A stretch of DNA of 61,293 nt, counting the filler. It is 9 parts of 9 records of this genome, joined end to end, with 100 filler letters (N's around TTAATTAATTAA, not from the genome) between each part and the next. Parts side by side here need not be neighbours in the genome. Positions count along the whole stretch, not along the records: positions 51,607 to 61,293 come from SRR20825010_2078; 8 more parts are not named here. One strand, given 5' to 3'. A program made the translations under genes and the position numbers. The notes below the pieces were generated by a model that saw nothing but the letters and a program-made list of their open reading frames with translations, searched no databases and was not told the DNA's origin. Shown piece by piece: positions 51,805 through 61,293 of the stretch; position 1 is the stretch's first letter, and each line of letters opens with the position of its first letter.

Positions 51805-53010
51805 ATGCAATTATCCGAAGCTTTATCGCTCGCGATTTCACACCAGAATGCCGGCCGGGATCAGGCGGCTGCGGAGATTTACGACCGGATTCTTGATGTG
51901 GACCCTGGAAACCCTCCAGCGGCAACGCTCAGGGCGCGGGTTCACCTGAAACAGGGCAACCTTCAGGATGCGGACAGGCTGACCGCGCTGGCTGTCCGGA
52001 CTGCGCCTGACTTCATGCAGGCATGGAATGCACGCGGCGATATTCTGGATGCGCGTGACAAGCCTGAGGCGGCCTCTGATGCATGGCGCCGCTCTCTCGT
52101 CACCGGTCCCGGCAATACCGGGCCCTTCGTCGGTGTTGGTAACCGGTTTCAGCTTCAGGGCGATCATGTGCAGGCGGCGCGCCTCTATAAACGCGCCCTT
52201 GTGGGACAGCCCGGAAATGTCGCGGCGGCAAACAATCTGGCCCAGGCATTGCTGATCGAAGGCGACGTGAAGGGCGCTCTGTCGGTGACGGGACGGGTGC
52301 TGGAGCGTCACCCGACGCATGTCCGGGCAACCGCATATCACTCCATCTCGCTTGAAGAGCTGGGACGGTATGACGAAGTCGATCACCTCATTGCGCAGGG
52401 CACGGCGACACGGCCGATCCGGTTTCCCGTTCCGGCCGGCTATGCGGACCATGCGGACTTCAATGCGGCTTTGTCCGAAGAGATCCGCAATCATCCGAAT
52501 ATCTCCGGAGAACTCGATCCGTTGCGCCGGGCGATCCGGGGCGGCGCTTTCGTGCCGCAGCTTTTTGATCACAAGGGTCCGGCCATTGCCGCTTTCGAGC
52601 GCATGCTTTCGGAAGGGCTGGATGACTATATCGCCGGCTTACCGAAGGACCCGACGCATCCTTTCTTTGCCCGCATCCCACAGGGCTATGCTGTCAATAT
52701 CTGGGCCAATATCCTTGGCGATGAAGGGCATCAGAGTGCGCATATCCATAATGCGGGCTGGCTTAGCGGAACCTATTACGCGGCCATTCCGGAGTCGGTC
52801 TCTCCCGAAGATGAGGAGCGGGCTGGCTGGCTTGAGTTCAACCGGCCGGGTTATGGCATTCCTCATCGTGGCACGCGCCCTCTTGACGCCATCTGTCCGG
52901 AGCTCGGCATGGCCGTGGTCTTCCCGTCCTATGTCTGGCACAGCACCGTTCCGTTCCGGGGTGGCGGCGAGCGGATCAGCATCGCCTTTGACCTGCATAT
53001 CGATGGCTGA
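51805..53010 (+). CDS. TPR-repeat protein with C-terminal putative 2OG-Fe(II) oxygenase (TIGR02466-like)
   Basis: N-terminal TPR helices, then IWAN, AHIHNAGWLSGTYY, VFPSYVWHST, RISIAFD. Confidence 0.85.
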   Translation: MQLSEALSLAISHQNAGRDQAAAEIYDRILDVDPGNPPAATLRARVHLKQGNLQDADRLTALAVRTAPDFMQAWNARGDILDARDKPEAASDAWRRSLVTGPGNTGPFVGVGNRFQLQGDHVQAARLYKRALVGQPGNVAAANNLAQALLIEGDVKGALSVTGRVLERHPTHVRATAYHSISLEELGRYDEVDHLIAQGTATRPIRFPVPAGYADHADFNAALSEEIRNHPNISGELDPLRRAIRGGAFVPQLFDHKGPAIAAFERMLSEGLDDYIAGLPKDPTHPFFARIPQGYAVNIWANILGDEGHQSAHIHNAGWLSGTYYAAIPESVSPEDEERAGWLEFNRPGYGIPHRGTRPLDAICPELGMAVVFPSYVWHSTVPFRGGGERISIAFDLHIDG

Positions 53011-53013
53011 GCA

Positions 53014-54855
53014 GTGAATACTTCCGATCCGATGGCGCGGCTGCGCGAGGCATCCGCGCTGATGCGCCAGGGGCGTGCGGGCGAGGCGGTTGAGATCTTC
53101 GCAGAGGTGGCGCGGGCCAATCCGCGCCAGCCGGAGTTGCAGAACAATCTCGGCGTTGCGCTGAAAGCCGCGGGTCGCCCGAAAGAAGCGGTGCAGGCCT
53201 ATCGCCGCGCCCTCAAGCTGGCACCGGACTATGCGGTGGCGGAAGCCAATCTGGCGCGTGTGCTGCTTGCCCTCGGGGATGAGGCCGGAGCGGTGCTGCA
53301 TTTTGAAAGCGCACACCGGCATGCCCCCGATGCGGGATATCTGGCGGAGCTGCTGGATACGCTTGCAGGGCTGCGCCTCACCAGTCCCGCCCCGAAAATG
53401 AAAGCCCTGATGATTGGGCTCTTCGCGCGCCGGGATATCGATCTTCAAAGGCTGGCGCCGGCGGCCCTGTCGCTTGTGCTGGCGAACCGTTCCCATGCCA
53501 AGGGCGCGGATGCGGCCTGGCGCTGGTTGCGTGCGGAAGGCGGGGCGCCGCCTCCCTGGCCTGCTGACCCGCTGCTCGACCTGTTGCTCGCCTGGACTAC
53601 TGTACCCGACCCGAAACTCGAGGCCTGGATGACGGCCGAGAGACGGCGTTTGCTGATCGAAGGGCTGGGGGGCGTGAAAACGGAACCGCTTGCCGCATTG
53701 GCCTTGCAGGCCATGACCGCGGAATACGCCTGGAGGGAGGCGGCGGATGAAACGGCGGCCGTGGCGGCGTTGCTCTCCCGGGAGAGCCTGACGTCAGAGG
53801 AGGCCCTGCTGGTTGCCCTCTACCGCGACCCGGCAACATCTCCGGCGGCGGTGAAGGCATTGCAGGACGGTGCAGAGGATAACACGATAGCACTCGTCCT
53901 TTCTCGTGCCGTCACGGAGCCGGAAGCGGAAAAGGCGTGCGCGGCGGTCCTGCCTGCGCTGACACCAATCGCGGATACCACTTCCGCGAAGGTCCGCGAC
54001 CAGTACGAAATCCATCCCTATCCGCGCTGGCGAAGTGTTGACGGCCAGATCCGGCGCAAGTCGCTGGATGCCCATCTGCGGGATCGTTTCCCAGCGATGC
54101 GGTTCGACGGCATTGATACCGCCCGTCCCAGACTTCTGGTGGCTGGATGCGGCACCGGGCGGCACGCAATCCAGACGGCGGCGCGCTATGAGGGCGTGGA
54201 GGTCACGGCTGTCGATCTCAGCCGGCGGTCGCTCGGTTATGCGGCGCGTATGGCGGACGCACTCGGGCGGACGAATATCAGCTTCGCCCAGGCCGATATC
54301 CTCGGGCTCGGCGCCATGGAAGAGCGCTTCGATGTGATCGAATGTTCTGGCGTTCTGCATCACATGGCGGATCCCATGGCGGGCTGGCAGGTCTTGCGTG
54401 GGTTGCTGAAGCCGGGCGGGTTGATGCGGGTCGCGCTCTATAGCGATATTGCCCGCGCCCGCTTTGCCAAGTTGCAGGCGGAGATCGATGTCGAAGACGC
54501 GCAGGCAATCTCCGGGGAGATTCGGCGCCGCCGGAACGAGATCCTGAAACTCCCCGAAGACGATCCGGCTGCTATTGTCTGGCAAACCGGTGATTTCTAT
54601 TCACTCAGCGGCTGCCGGGATCTGCTCTATCACCGGCGTGAGGTGCGGTATGGCTGGCCGGAGATCGGGGAAGCGCTACGGGAGCTGGATCTGAAACTGG
54701 TCGGCGTTGAAACCGCGACCGCCGCTCTGAAGGTGTTTTACCGGGAGCGGTTCCCGGATGATCCGGCGGCGGTGAACCCGTCGAACTGGGATGTCATCGA
54801 GCGGGAATACCCGGACAGCTTCCTCGCCATGTATCAGTTCTGGTGCCAGGCGTGA
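53014..54855 (+). CDS. TPR-repeat class I SAM-dependent methyltransferase
   Basis: TPRs (NNLGVAL, ANLA), VRDQYEIHPYPRW, LVAGCGTG, VDLS, FDVIECSGVLHH, LKPGG, MYQFWCQ. Confidence 0.88.
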   Translation: MNTSDPMARLREASALMRQGRAGEAVEIFAEVARANPRQPELQNNLGVALKAAGRPKEAVQAYRRALKLAPDYAVAEANLARVLLALGDEAGAVLHFESAHRHAPDAGYLAELLDTLAGLRLTSPAPKMKALMIGLFARRDIDLQRLAPAALSLVLANRSHAKGADAAWRWLRAEGGAPPPWPADPLLDLLLAWTTVPDPKLEAWMTAERRRLLIEGLGGVKTEPLAALALQAMTAEYAWREAADETAAVAALLSRESLTSEEALLVALYRDPATSPAAVKALQDGAEDNTIALVLSRAVTEPEAEKACAAVLPALTPIADTTSAKVRDQYEIHPYPRWRSVDGQIRRKSLDAHLRDRFPAMRFDGIDTARPRLLVAGCGTGRHAIQTAARYEGVEVTAVDLSRRSLGYAARMADALGRTNISFAQADILGLGAMEERFDVIECSGVLHHMADPMAGWQVLRGLLKPGGLMRVALYSDIARARFAKLQAEIDVEDAQAISGEIRRRRNEILKLPEDDPAAIVWQTGDFYSLSGCRDLLYHRREVRYGWPEIGEALRELDLKLVGVETATAALKVFYRERFPDDPAAVNPSNWDVIEREYPDSFLAMYQFWCQA

Positions 54856-54859
54856 CGCA

Positions 54860-55090
54860 TCAGCGTTCCTTGCGCTCTTCCATGGCCCGCGCCAGATCCA
54901 GCAACTCGCCTTCGTCGGGGACCTCGTTCGTCTGCAGCCGGTAGTCCCCGCCGAGCCAGCGGCCAAGATCGATGGTCTTGCAGCGGTCGGAGCAGAACGG
55001 CCGGAATTCCGTCACCATCGGCTTGCCGCAGATCGCACAACCGGCTTTGCGCTTGCGCTTTTTCTTGTCGAATTCGCTGATATCAGCCAT
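54860..55090 (-). CDS. yacG: DNA gyrase inhibitor
   Basis: CAICGK...RPFCSDRCKTIDLGRW zinc finger. Confidence 0.93.
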   Translation of the reverse strand: MADISEFDKKKRKRKAGCAICGKPMVTEFRPFCSDRCKTIDLGRWLGGDYRLQTNEVPDEGELLDLARAMEERKER

Positions 55091-55106
55091 CGGATATTCT
55101 CCCATC

Positions 55107-56426
55107 CTATCGCCGCGCCGGGCCGATTTCGATTTGTTCCAGCCGGAAGGCCGGGTCCGCCGTAATTTTCAGAAACCCGCCAAGCCGTTGTTTTGTCTCT
55201 TCCCGGGCTTTGGAGCCGGGACCGGCAAGCCAGTAGGCCACATCCGGGGCGCAGATCATCTCAGGCTGGGCCATGCCGTGTGTTTCCCGTAAAGCCCGGC
55301 GCAGGGCCTCAAGCGCGATCGTGGCGGCACGCGGGTGTTGTTCGACCGGGCGCATCAGGTCATCGCTCAGTGACCGTCCGGTCCTGCTCACCGTGATCTC
55401 AAGTACACCGCTCCGGGTCCAGCCATGGACTTGCGGCGGCTGATCCGACGCCGCGATGCCGAAGGAGGGCCAGCCTTCGAAAGCCTTCTGCATGGCTTCG
55501 GCGACACGATCCCTGTTTGACTTGGCCGGAAGTTTCGGGAAATCCACCAGAATGAGGCCGGCGAGACGACGCAGCCTGATCTCTGCCGCGATGTCCTCTG
55601 CCATGCCCTCGAACAACCGGGTCCAGCCTTTCGGGCTGGTACCCGCGCTGGCCATATCCACGTCTATGGCAACCAGTGCTTCCGTCTCGTCGAACGTGAG
55701 CACCGCGCCGCTGGCGAGTTGCAGGCGCCGGGCGAGGGCGCGGTCAATCTGGCTGTCGATACCTTCTTCGGCGAAGAGCGATCCCGCGTCGCTATCTGCC
55801 ATCGCGACCGCGGGGAAGAGGGCGGAGATCCGGGAGCAGAGATCCGGCGCCGGACGGATTGTCTTCGGCCCGTCGCCAGCTGCGATGGCATCCTCGACGC
55901 CTTTCCATTCGGTCAGCAGATTGCCGAGATCCGTAAGCAGCTGAATGTCTTCCAGCTCGGTGGCCCCGGCTGAGACATAGAGGCCTACATCCGGTGGAAG
56001 CAGCGGCTGCAGCAGATTTTTCAGTTTCTCCCGCTGGCCTTTCGCCTTGATCGTGGCGGCAATGGATAATTCCTGTTCGTCCGGCCTCAGGCTGAGGCAG
56101 CGGCCGGGCAGGAAGATCTGCCGTGTTGCCTGCGGCTGTTTGCGGCCGGCCGCATCGGTGATCACGGTGACCGGTACGAGCGCACCTTCCGGTGGCGGTG
56201 TTTTCTTGCCGAGTTTCAGGAACGCCTCGCCATGGCCGAGATCGACGAAAGCGGCATTCAGTTCCGGCCGGACGGCGGTGACGCGGGCGATCACGATCTC
56301 GCCCGCGCGCCGGGTTGCGCCGCCGATACGATCGACCCAGAAATCGGTAAGGGTATCACCTGCAAGAGCGGCAATCCGGGTCTCGCCAGGCGAGCGGTCG
56401 ATGATCAGGCGGTCTGGATCACGCAT
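55107..56426 (-). CDS. Ribonuclease E/G family protein (divergent RNase G-like)
   Basis: SPGETRIA, S1 domain (AAFVDLG), ETEALVAIDVD, IRLRRLAGLILVDF. Overlaps the maf stop. Confidence 0.85.
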   Translation of the reverse strand: MRDPDRLIIDRSPGETRIAALAGDTLTDFWVDRIGGATRRAGEIVIARVTAVRPELNAAFVDLGHGEAFLKLGKKTPPPEGALVPVTVITDAAGRKQPQATRQIFLPGRCLSLRPDEQELSIAATIKAKGQREKLKNLLQPLLPPDVGLYVSAGATELEDIQLLTDLGNLLTEWKGVEDAIAAGDGPKTIRPAPDLCSRISALFPAVAMADSDAGSLFAEEGIDSQIDRALARRLQLASGAVLTFDETEALVAIDVDMASAGTSPKGWTRLFEGMAEDIAAEIRLRRLAGLILVDFPKLPAKSNRDRVAEAMQKAFEGWPSFGIAASDQPPQVHGWTRSGVLEITVSRTGRSLSDDLMRPVEQHPRAATIALEALRRALRETHGMAQPEMICAPDVAYWLAGPGSKAREETKQRLGGFLKITADPAFRLEQIEIGPARR

Positions 56427-57048
56427 GGCTCCCACCGTAGCGGAAGCCGAACCCGGCCAAAAGGGCGTGGGTCTCGTAAAGATCGAGGCCAACGACATTG
56501 GAATGAGAACCGGACAGCATGCGGATATAGATCGCGGCCAGGCCCTGGATGGCATAGCCGCCAGCTTTGCCGTCCCATTCGCCGGACGCAATATAGTCGT
56601 CGATTTCCATGTCAGTCAGCCGCTTGAAGGCGACCGTCGTGGTGGCGATCCGGCAGCGTGTCTCACCACCGGGGGCGATCAGCCGGATGGCACCGATCAC
56701 CTTGTGACGGCGTCCCGAAAGGTGGCCAAGACATTTCCGTGCCTCGGCTTCGCTTTCGGCCTTGGGCAGGATTCTCCGTCCGCTGGCGACAACGGTGTCG
56801 GCGGCAAGGATGAAGGCATCCGGATGCGCGGCTGCGACCGCGTTCGCCTTTTCCCAGGCGACACGTTCGGCATAGGCGTCCGGCAGTTCACGGGGCTTCG
56901 GGGTCTCGTCGATATCGGCAGGGCTAACGGCATCGGGGGTGAGCCCGATGCGGGCGAGCAGGTCCAACCGGCGCGGCGAGGCGGATGCCAAAACGAAATG
57001 CGCGCCGGAAGGGGCGCGCAATCGAAGGGGGCCAGACATGGCCGTCAC
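56419..57048 (-). CDS. maf: Maf-family NTP pyrophosphatase
   Basis: LASASPRR, IDETP, AADTVV, KAGGYAIQG, SNVVGL. Confidence 0.95.
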   Translation of the reverse strand: MTAMSGPLRLRAPSGAHFVLASASPRRLDLLARIGLTPDAVSPADIDETPKPRELPDAYAERVAWEKANAVAAAHPDAFILAADTVVASGRRILPKAESEAEARKCLGHLSGRRHKVIGAIRLIAPGGETRCRIATTTVAFKRLTDMEIDDYIASGEWDGKAGGYAIQGLAAIYIRMLSGSHSNVVGLDLYETHALLAGFGFRYGGSHA

Positions 57049-57058
57049 CTCGGAAGAC

Positions 57059-57277
57059 TTACTTGAAGCGGAAGGTGATACGACCTTTAGTCAGATCGTA
57101 CGGGGTCATTTCCACGTTCACCCGATCACCGGCCAAAACCCGGATCCGGTTCTTGCGCATCTTGCCGCTGGTATGGGCGAGCACTTCGTGTTCATTATCC
57201 AGCTTCACCCGGAACATGGCGTTCGGAAGGAGTTCCGAAACGGTCCCGGAAAATTCAATAACGTCTTCTTTCGGCAT
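57059..57277 (-). CDS. infA: Translation initiation factor IF-1
   Basis: MPKEDVIE...LPNAMFRV...[10 protein letters not shown]...[12 protein letters not shown]. Confidence 0.98.
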   Translation of the reverse strand: MPKEDVIEFSGTVSELLPNAMFRVKLDNEHEVLAHTSGKMRKNRIRVLAGDRVNVEMTPYDLTKGRITFRFK

Positions 57278-57374
57278 TCCTGCTCCTTCAAGTCTTCGAA
57301 GATCGGGCAAATAAGTGCGCCGAGCGGTGCATCGGGTCAAGGTCTTTTCTGGTCATGGCCGGGCTGCGCGCGGG

Positions 57375-57890
57375 TTATTCCGGTGTTTGGTTTTCATCCA
57401 GCAGTGCCGCGAACCGCTTTCTGATGCGCCGCATCAACTCATCGCGAACCTGCCTGTATGCGTCGAGACGCATATCACGGGAGCCCTCGATGATGGTGGC
57501 GTCCAGCATGGGCCAGTATTCGATATCGCACGCCATGGTGCGGGTCATCTCGATGGCCCGGTGTTGTGCCTCGGGCGATAGAGAGACAATGACATCGAAG
57601 AAATCGTCCTCCATCTGGTCGAAACTCTTCGGTGCGTGCCGCGAGATATCGATACCGACTTCCTTCAGCACCTCGACGGCGAAGGGATCGAGATCGCCGT
57701 TTCTGACGCCGCAGGAATCCACATAGGCCTTCATGCCGATCAGATGTTTCATGATGGCTTCGGCCATGGGGGAACGGACGGCGTTCTGGGTGCAGGCGAA
57801 AAGAACGGCGCTCGGCTCCCGGATGGGCTCGCCCAGAGGGGATAGGCCCAAAGGGGACGGGGTGTCGGGGAGAGAGGGGCGATCCGTCAT
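57375..57890 (-). CDS. Low-molecular-weight phosphatase / ArsC family protein
   Basis: VLFACTQNAVRSPMAE P-loop (CX5R). Confidence 0.9.
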   Translation of the reverse strand: MTDRPSLPDTPSPLGLSPLGEPIREPSAVLFACTQNAVRSPMAEAIMKHLIGMKAYVDSCGVRNGDLDPFAVEVLKEVGIDISRHAPKSFDQMEDDFFDVIVSLSPEAQHRAIEMTRTMACDIEYWPMLDATIIEGSRDMRLDAYRQVRDELMRRIRKRFAALLDENQTPE

Positions 57891-57897
57891 CTCCGGC

Positions 57898-58422
57898 TCA
57901 TCCCCGGATATGAAGAACGCAGATGAGGGTAAAGAGCCGCCGGGCAGTGTCGAAATCGATATCGACCTTGCCGGACAGCCGTTCCATCAACAGCGTCGAG
58001 CCGTCGTTATGCAACCCGCGCCGTCCCATGTCGATGGCCTCGATCTGGGACGGGTTCAGCCGTTTGATCGCGTCGTAATAGCTCTCGCAGATCTTGAAAT
58101 AGTCCCGGACCACACGGCGGAACGGCGACATGGCGAGCCAGATCTGGTAATTGCCGCCGCGCGCCGGATCGCTGATGTCGAACAGCAGGCGGTTTTCCTC
58201 GATCCGCAATCTCAGCTCGTACGGACCGCCCTGATCGTCGCCGGCCGGGGCGAAGCTGTTGTCTTCCAGCAGGTCATAGATGGCGACAGCGCGCTCATGT
58301 TCGACCTCGGGACTGCGGCGGATAACGGCGGGCTCATCCAGCTCGATCTTGGAAATGCAGGCATTGACGCGGCCCGCATCCTCGTCTTCCTCGATCGGGC
58401 CGTCGCCGAAATCGCGCGCCAT
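57898..58422 (-). CDS. UPF0262 family protein
   Basis: [45 protein letters not shown]. Confidence 0.92.
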   Translation of the reverse strand: MARDFGDGPIEEDEDAGRVNACISKIELDEPAVIRRSPEVEHERAVAIYDLLEDNSFAPAGDDQGGPYELRLRIEENRLLFDISDPARGGNYQIWLAMSPFRRVVRDYFKICESYYDAIKRLNPSQIEAIDMGRRGLHNDGSTLLMERLSGKVDIDFDTARRLFTLICVLHIRG

Positions 58423-58435
58423 GGCTTGCTCCCGC

Positions 58436-59737
58436 CTACTCGGCGGCTGCTCCAAGACGGATGGAAACGGAACGGGCGTGGGCGCCGAGCCCTTCCGCTT
58501 CCGCCAGGGTCACGGCGGCGGGACCGATGGCGGCGAGACTGGCCGGGGTGCATTTCACCCAGGTGGTCCGCTTCAGGAAGTCGAGCACGCCGAGGCCGGA
58601 GGAGAAGCGCGCGGTCCGCGCCGTCGGCAGCACATGGTTGGGCCCCGCGACATAGTCGCCAATTGCTTCCGGTGTATGGCGGCCAAGGAACATGGCGCCC
58701 GCGTGGCGGATCTTCGCCGCCATGGAATCCGGATCGGAGATGGCAAGTTCCAGATGCTCCGGCGCCAGCCGGTCGACAAGCGGGATGGCGTCTTCGAGAT
58801 CCTCGACCACGATGACCGCACCGTGATCGTTCCAGCTCGCCCCCGCGATGTTGGCGCGGGGCAAGTTGGACAGATGCTCGGCGATCGCAGCTTCGACGGC
58901 GGTTGCGAAATCCGCGTCGTCCGTGATCAGGATCGACTGGGCGACTTCGTCATGCTCGGCCTGGGACAGCAGGTCGATGGCGATCCATGACGGATCGTTC
59001 TCGGCATCCGCGACCACCAGGATTTCCGACGGGCCGGCGATGGAATCGATACCGACCTTGCCGAACACCTGACGTTTGGCCGCGGCGACATAGGCGTTGC
59101 CGGGGCCGATGATCTTGTCCACCGGCTTGATGCTCTCGGTGCCATACGCCATCGCGGCCACGGCCTGAGCGCCGCCGACCCGGTAAATCTCGGTAATCCC
59201 GCCAAGCTCGGCGGCGGCAAGCACCAGCGGATTGATCTCGCCCCCCGGCGTCGGCACCATCATGACCCGGCGCGGCACGCCCGCGACCTTGGCTGGCATG
59301 GCGTTCATCAGCACGGAGCTTGGATAAGCCGCCTTGCCGCCCGGCACATAGAGGCCGACCGCATCCACCGGCGTATGCCGCAGGCCGAGGCCAACGCCAT
59401 CCGCATCCGTATAGTCGATGCTTTCCGGCAGTTGCGTCTTGTGAAAGGCCTCGATCCGCTCCGCCGCCTTTTCCAGTGCGGCCAGCGTTTCGGCGGAGCA
59501 GGCGGACCGTGCCTTCGCTATTTCTTCAGCCGAGATCGCAATACCGGTTTCCGCCAGATCGATATTGTCGAACTTGCGGCTGAGATCGATCAGCGCGGCG
59601 TCACCGCGCGCGATCACATCGGCGATAATACCGGCGACGGTATCGGAGACATCGCTGTCGGTCTCCCGTTTGGAATCGACCAGAGCCTCGAACGCTGCGT
59701 CGAAATCCGGCGTCCCGGCGATCAGTTTACGCGGCAA
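58436..59737 (-). CDS. hisD: Histidinol dehydrogenase
   Basis: [44 protein letters not shown]. Confidence 0.97.
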   Translation of the reverse strand: MPRKLIAGTPDFDAAFEALVDSKRETDSDVSDTVAGIIADVIARGDAALIDLSRKFDNIDLAETGIAISAEEIAKARSACSAETLAALEKAAERIEAFHKTQLPESIDYTDADGVGLGLRHTPVDAVGLYVPGGKAAYPSSVLMNAMPAKVAGVPRRVMMVPTPGGEINPLVLAAAELGGITEIYRVGGAQAVAAMAYGTESIKPVDKIIGPGNAYVAAAKRQVFGKVGIDSIAGPSEILVVADAENDPSWIAIDLLSQAEHDEVAQSILITDDADFATAVEAAIAEHLSNLPRANIAGASWNDHGAVIVVEDLEDAIPLVDRLAPEHLELAISDPDSMAAKIRHAGAMFLGRHTPEAIGDYVAGPNHVLPTARTARFSSGLGVLDFLKRTTWVKCTPASLAAIGPAAVTLAEAEGLGAHARSVSIRLGAAAE

Positions 59738-60389
59738 GGGCTGCCTCCCCGATACGGTCGACCAGATCCTTCACCGCACCCGGGCGGGTTTTCAGCGCGG
59801 CGCGGTTGACGGCAAGACGCGCACTGACGGCGGCGATCTGCTCGACTTCGACAAGACCGTTGGCCTTCAGGGTGGAGCCGGTCTCGACCAGATCCACGAT
59901 ACGGCGGCAGAGGCCGAGGCCCGGTGCCAGCTCCATGGCGCCGTTCAGCTTGATGCATTCCGCCTGCACGCCACGGGCGGCAAAGTGGCGCCGTGTGACG
60001 TTCGGGTATTTCGTGGCGATCCGGAGATGGCTCCAGTGCTGCGGGTTCTCTTTCGCGGCAAGCTCCGCCGGCTCGGCCACGGCAAGGCGGCAATGCCCGA
60101 CATTGAGATCGACCGGCGCATAGATTTCCGGATGGTCGAATTCCATCAGCACATCGCTGCCGGCAATGGCGAGATGGGCTGCACCGAAGGCGAGGAAGGT
60201 CGCCGTGTCGAAGCTGCGCACGCGGATGACTTCAAGATCCGCCTGATTGGTATGGAACTGAAGGCGCCGGGAAGATTCGTTGAAAAAGTCGTCTTCAAGC
60301 TCAATTCCCGCCCGTTTCAAAATGGGCGTGATGGCCTTCAGGATCCGGCCCTTCGGCAGGGCGAGGATCAGTGGCTGGTTCGCGGTCAC
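59727..60389 (-). CDS. hisG: ATP phosphoribosyltransferase, short form (HisZ-dependent)
   Basis: [34 protein letters not shown]. 220 aa with no C-terminal regulatory domain. Confidence 0.96.
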   Translation of the reverse strand: MTANQPLILALPKGRILKAITPILKRAGIELEDDFFNESSRRLQFHTNQADLEVIRVRSFDTATFLAFGAAHLAIAGSDVLMEFDHPEIYAPVDLNVGHCRLAVAEPAELAAKENPQHWSHLRIATKYPNVTRRHFAARGVQAECIKLNGAMELAPGLGLCRRIVDLVETGSTLKANGLVEVEQIAAVSARLAVNRAALKTRPGAVKDLVDRIGEAALAA

Positions 60390-60444
60390 CGCGTCTCTCC
60401 TGTTTGCGTCCGACAGCCGCCGCTATGCCCGGCCGGCCGTTCGA

Positions 60445-60978
60445 TCAGGCGCCCGAGGCTTCGTCCGCCGGAGTCGTCTCATCGTCGGAATCGGGATGGG
60501 ACGGGGTAAAGACGGTGGGCCAAGGCTCGCCGAGGTCCTCGATATGGCACAGGATGCGGTCAACTGCGAGTCGAATGGTCACGTTGCCGGCAAAGGCGAG
60601 GTCAATCTGCCCCGGCGATGCGTGAATGGTGAGCAGGTTCAGAATATGGTCCCGCTTGCTGCGGTCGAGGCCATGGGTGCGGACCGCGCCGACCCCCTCG
60701 AACCGGATGCCGCAATGCACACGCTCGCTGTAGAGCGTGTCGCCGTCGGCCGGCACTGTATCCGTGGAGGGCGCGGACTCCCATTTATAGCGGTGGACGA
60801 CCATGGCGAAGCGGTCGTCCTGCCGTTCGAACGTCATCTCGCGCACGGGGAGCAGCGCGTCCTGCAGCAGGCTGGCCGCGATGGCCAGATCCTCGGCATC
60901 CTCGGCACGGACCCGGAGCGGCCTGTCGCCGACATCAAGCAGGCTGATATCTCTGGGTGCCATGGATGATCCTGCCAA
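60445..60978 (-). CDS. DUF2948 family protein
   Basis: AEDAEDLAIAASLLQDA, RYKWE, LNLLTI, FAG, DLGEPW. Located between murA and the his genes. Confidence 0.85.
   Translation of the reverse strand: MAGSSMAPRDISLLDVGDRPLRVRAEDAEDLAIAASLLQDALLPVREMTFERQDDRFAMVVHRYKWESAPSTDTVPADGDTLYSERVHCGIRFEGVGAVRTHGLDRSKRDHILNLLTIHASPGQIDLAFAGNVTIRLAVDRILCHIEDLGEPWPTVFTPSHPDSDDETTPADEASGA

Positions 60979-61293
<315 letters not shown>

Noticed and set aside
51607..54855. tRNA-anchored genomic island
   Set aside because: The genes lie on the 5' side of the tRNA, there is no integrase or att duplicate, and the tRNA is cut by the contig end rather than by integration.

Overview
This window is not one locus. It is nine unrelated contigs joined by eight identical 100-bp artificial spacers (44 N + TTAATTAATTAA + 44 N, with stops in all six frames), so no gene context holds across a spacer. 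Taxonomy below is my impression from protein families and composition, not a database result. (1) 1-4900, alphaproteobacterium-like: PepSY-TM gene, TonB-dependent receptor, aldehyde dehydrogenase. (2) 5001-19796, Rhodopirellula-like planctomycete: TIM-barrel isomerase, queF/queE, cupredoxin-like protein, M50 peptidase-HlyD and GAF-HlyD pair, BNR propeller, xylA, degenerate murB with ftsQ-like gene, sulfatase. (3) 19897-23735, alphaproteobacterium: HNH nuclease, esterase, gluQ, TauD-family dioxygenase, PAS kinase. (4) 23836-29609, Alcanivorax/Pseudomonadales-like: pyrC'-pyrB-pyrR, yceJI, ruvX, yqgE and palindromic repeats. (5) 29710-32773, very GC-rich Myxococcota-like: CPA2 antiporter and a Gly-rich protein. 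(6) 32874-36198: cbb3 oxidase ccoNO-Q-P-G. (7) 36299-43499, Rhizobiales: petA, two ABC exporters, trmL, VOC-soxR, hemF. (8) 43600-51506, alphaproteobacterium: nucleoside uptake and catabolism operon. (9) 51607-61293, Rhodospirillales-like: tRNA fragment, TPR-oxygenase/TPR-methyltransferase pair, yacG-rng-maf-infA-LMWP-UPF0262-hisD-hisG-DUF2948-murA. Most content is housekeeping, and I saw no CRISPR array, prophage or transposase. The best candidates for something undescribed are the ATPase-less M50/HlyD processing-export module, the catalytically degenerate MurB coupled to an FtsQ-like gene, two NrdR-like boxes upstream of an HNH nuclease, and the TPR-oxygenase/TPR-methyltransferase pair.
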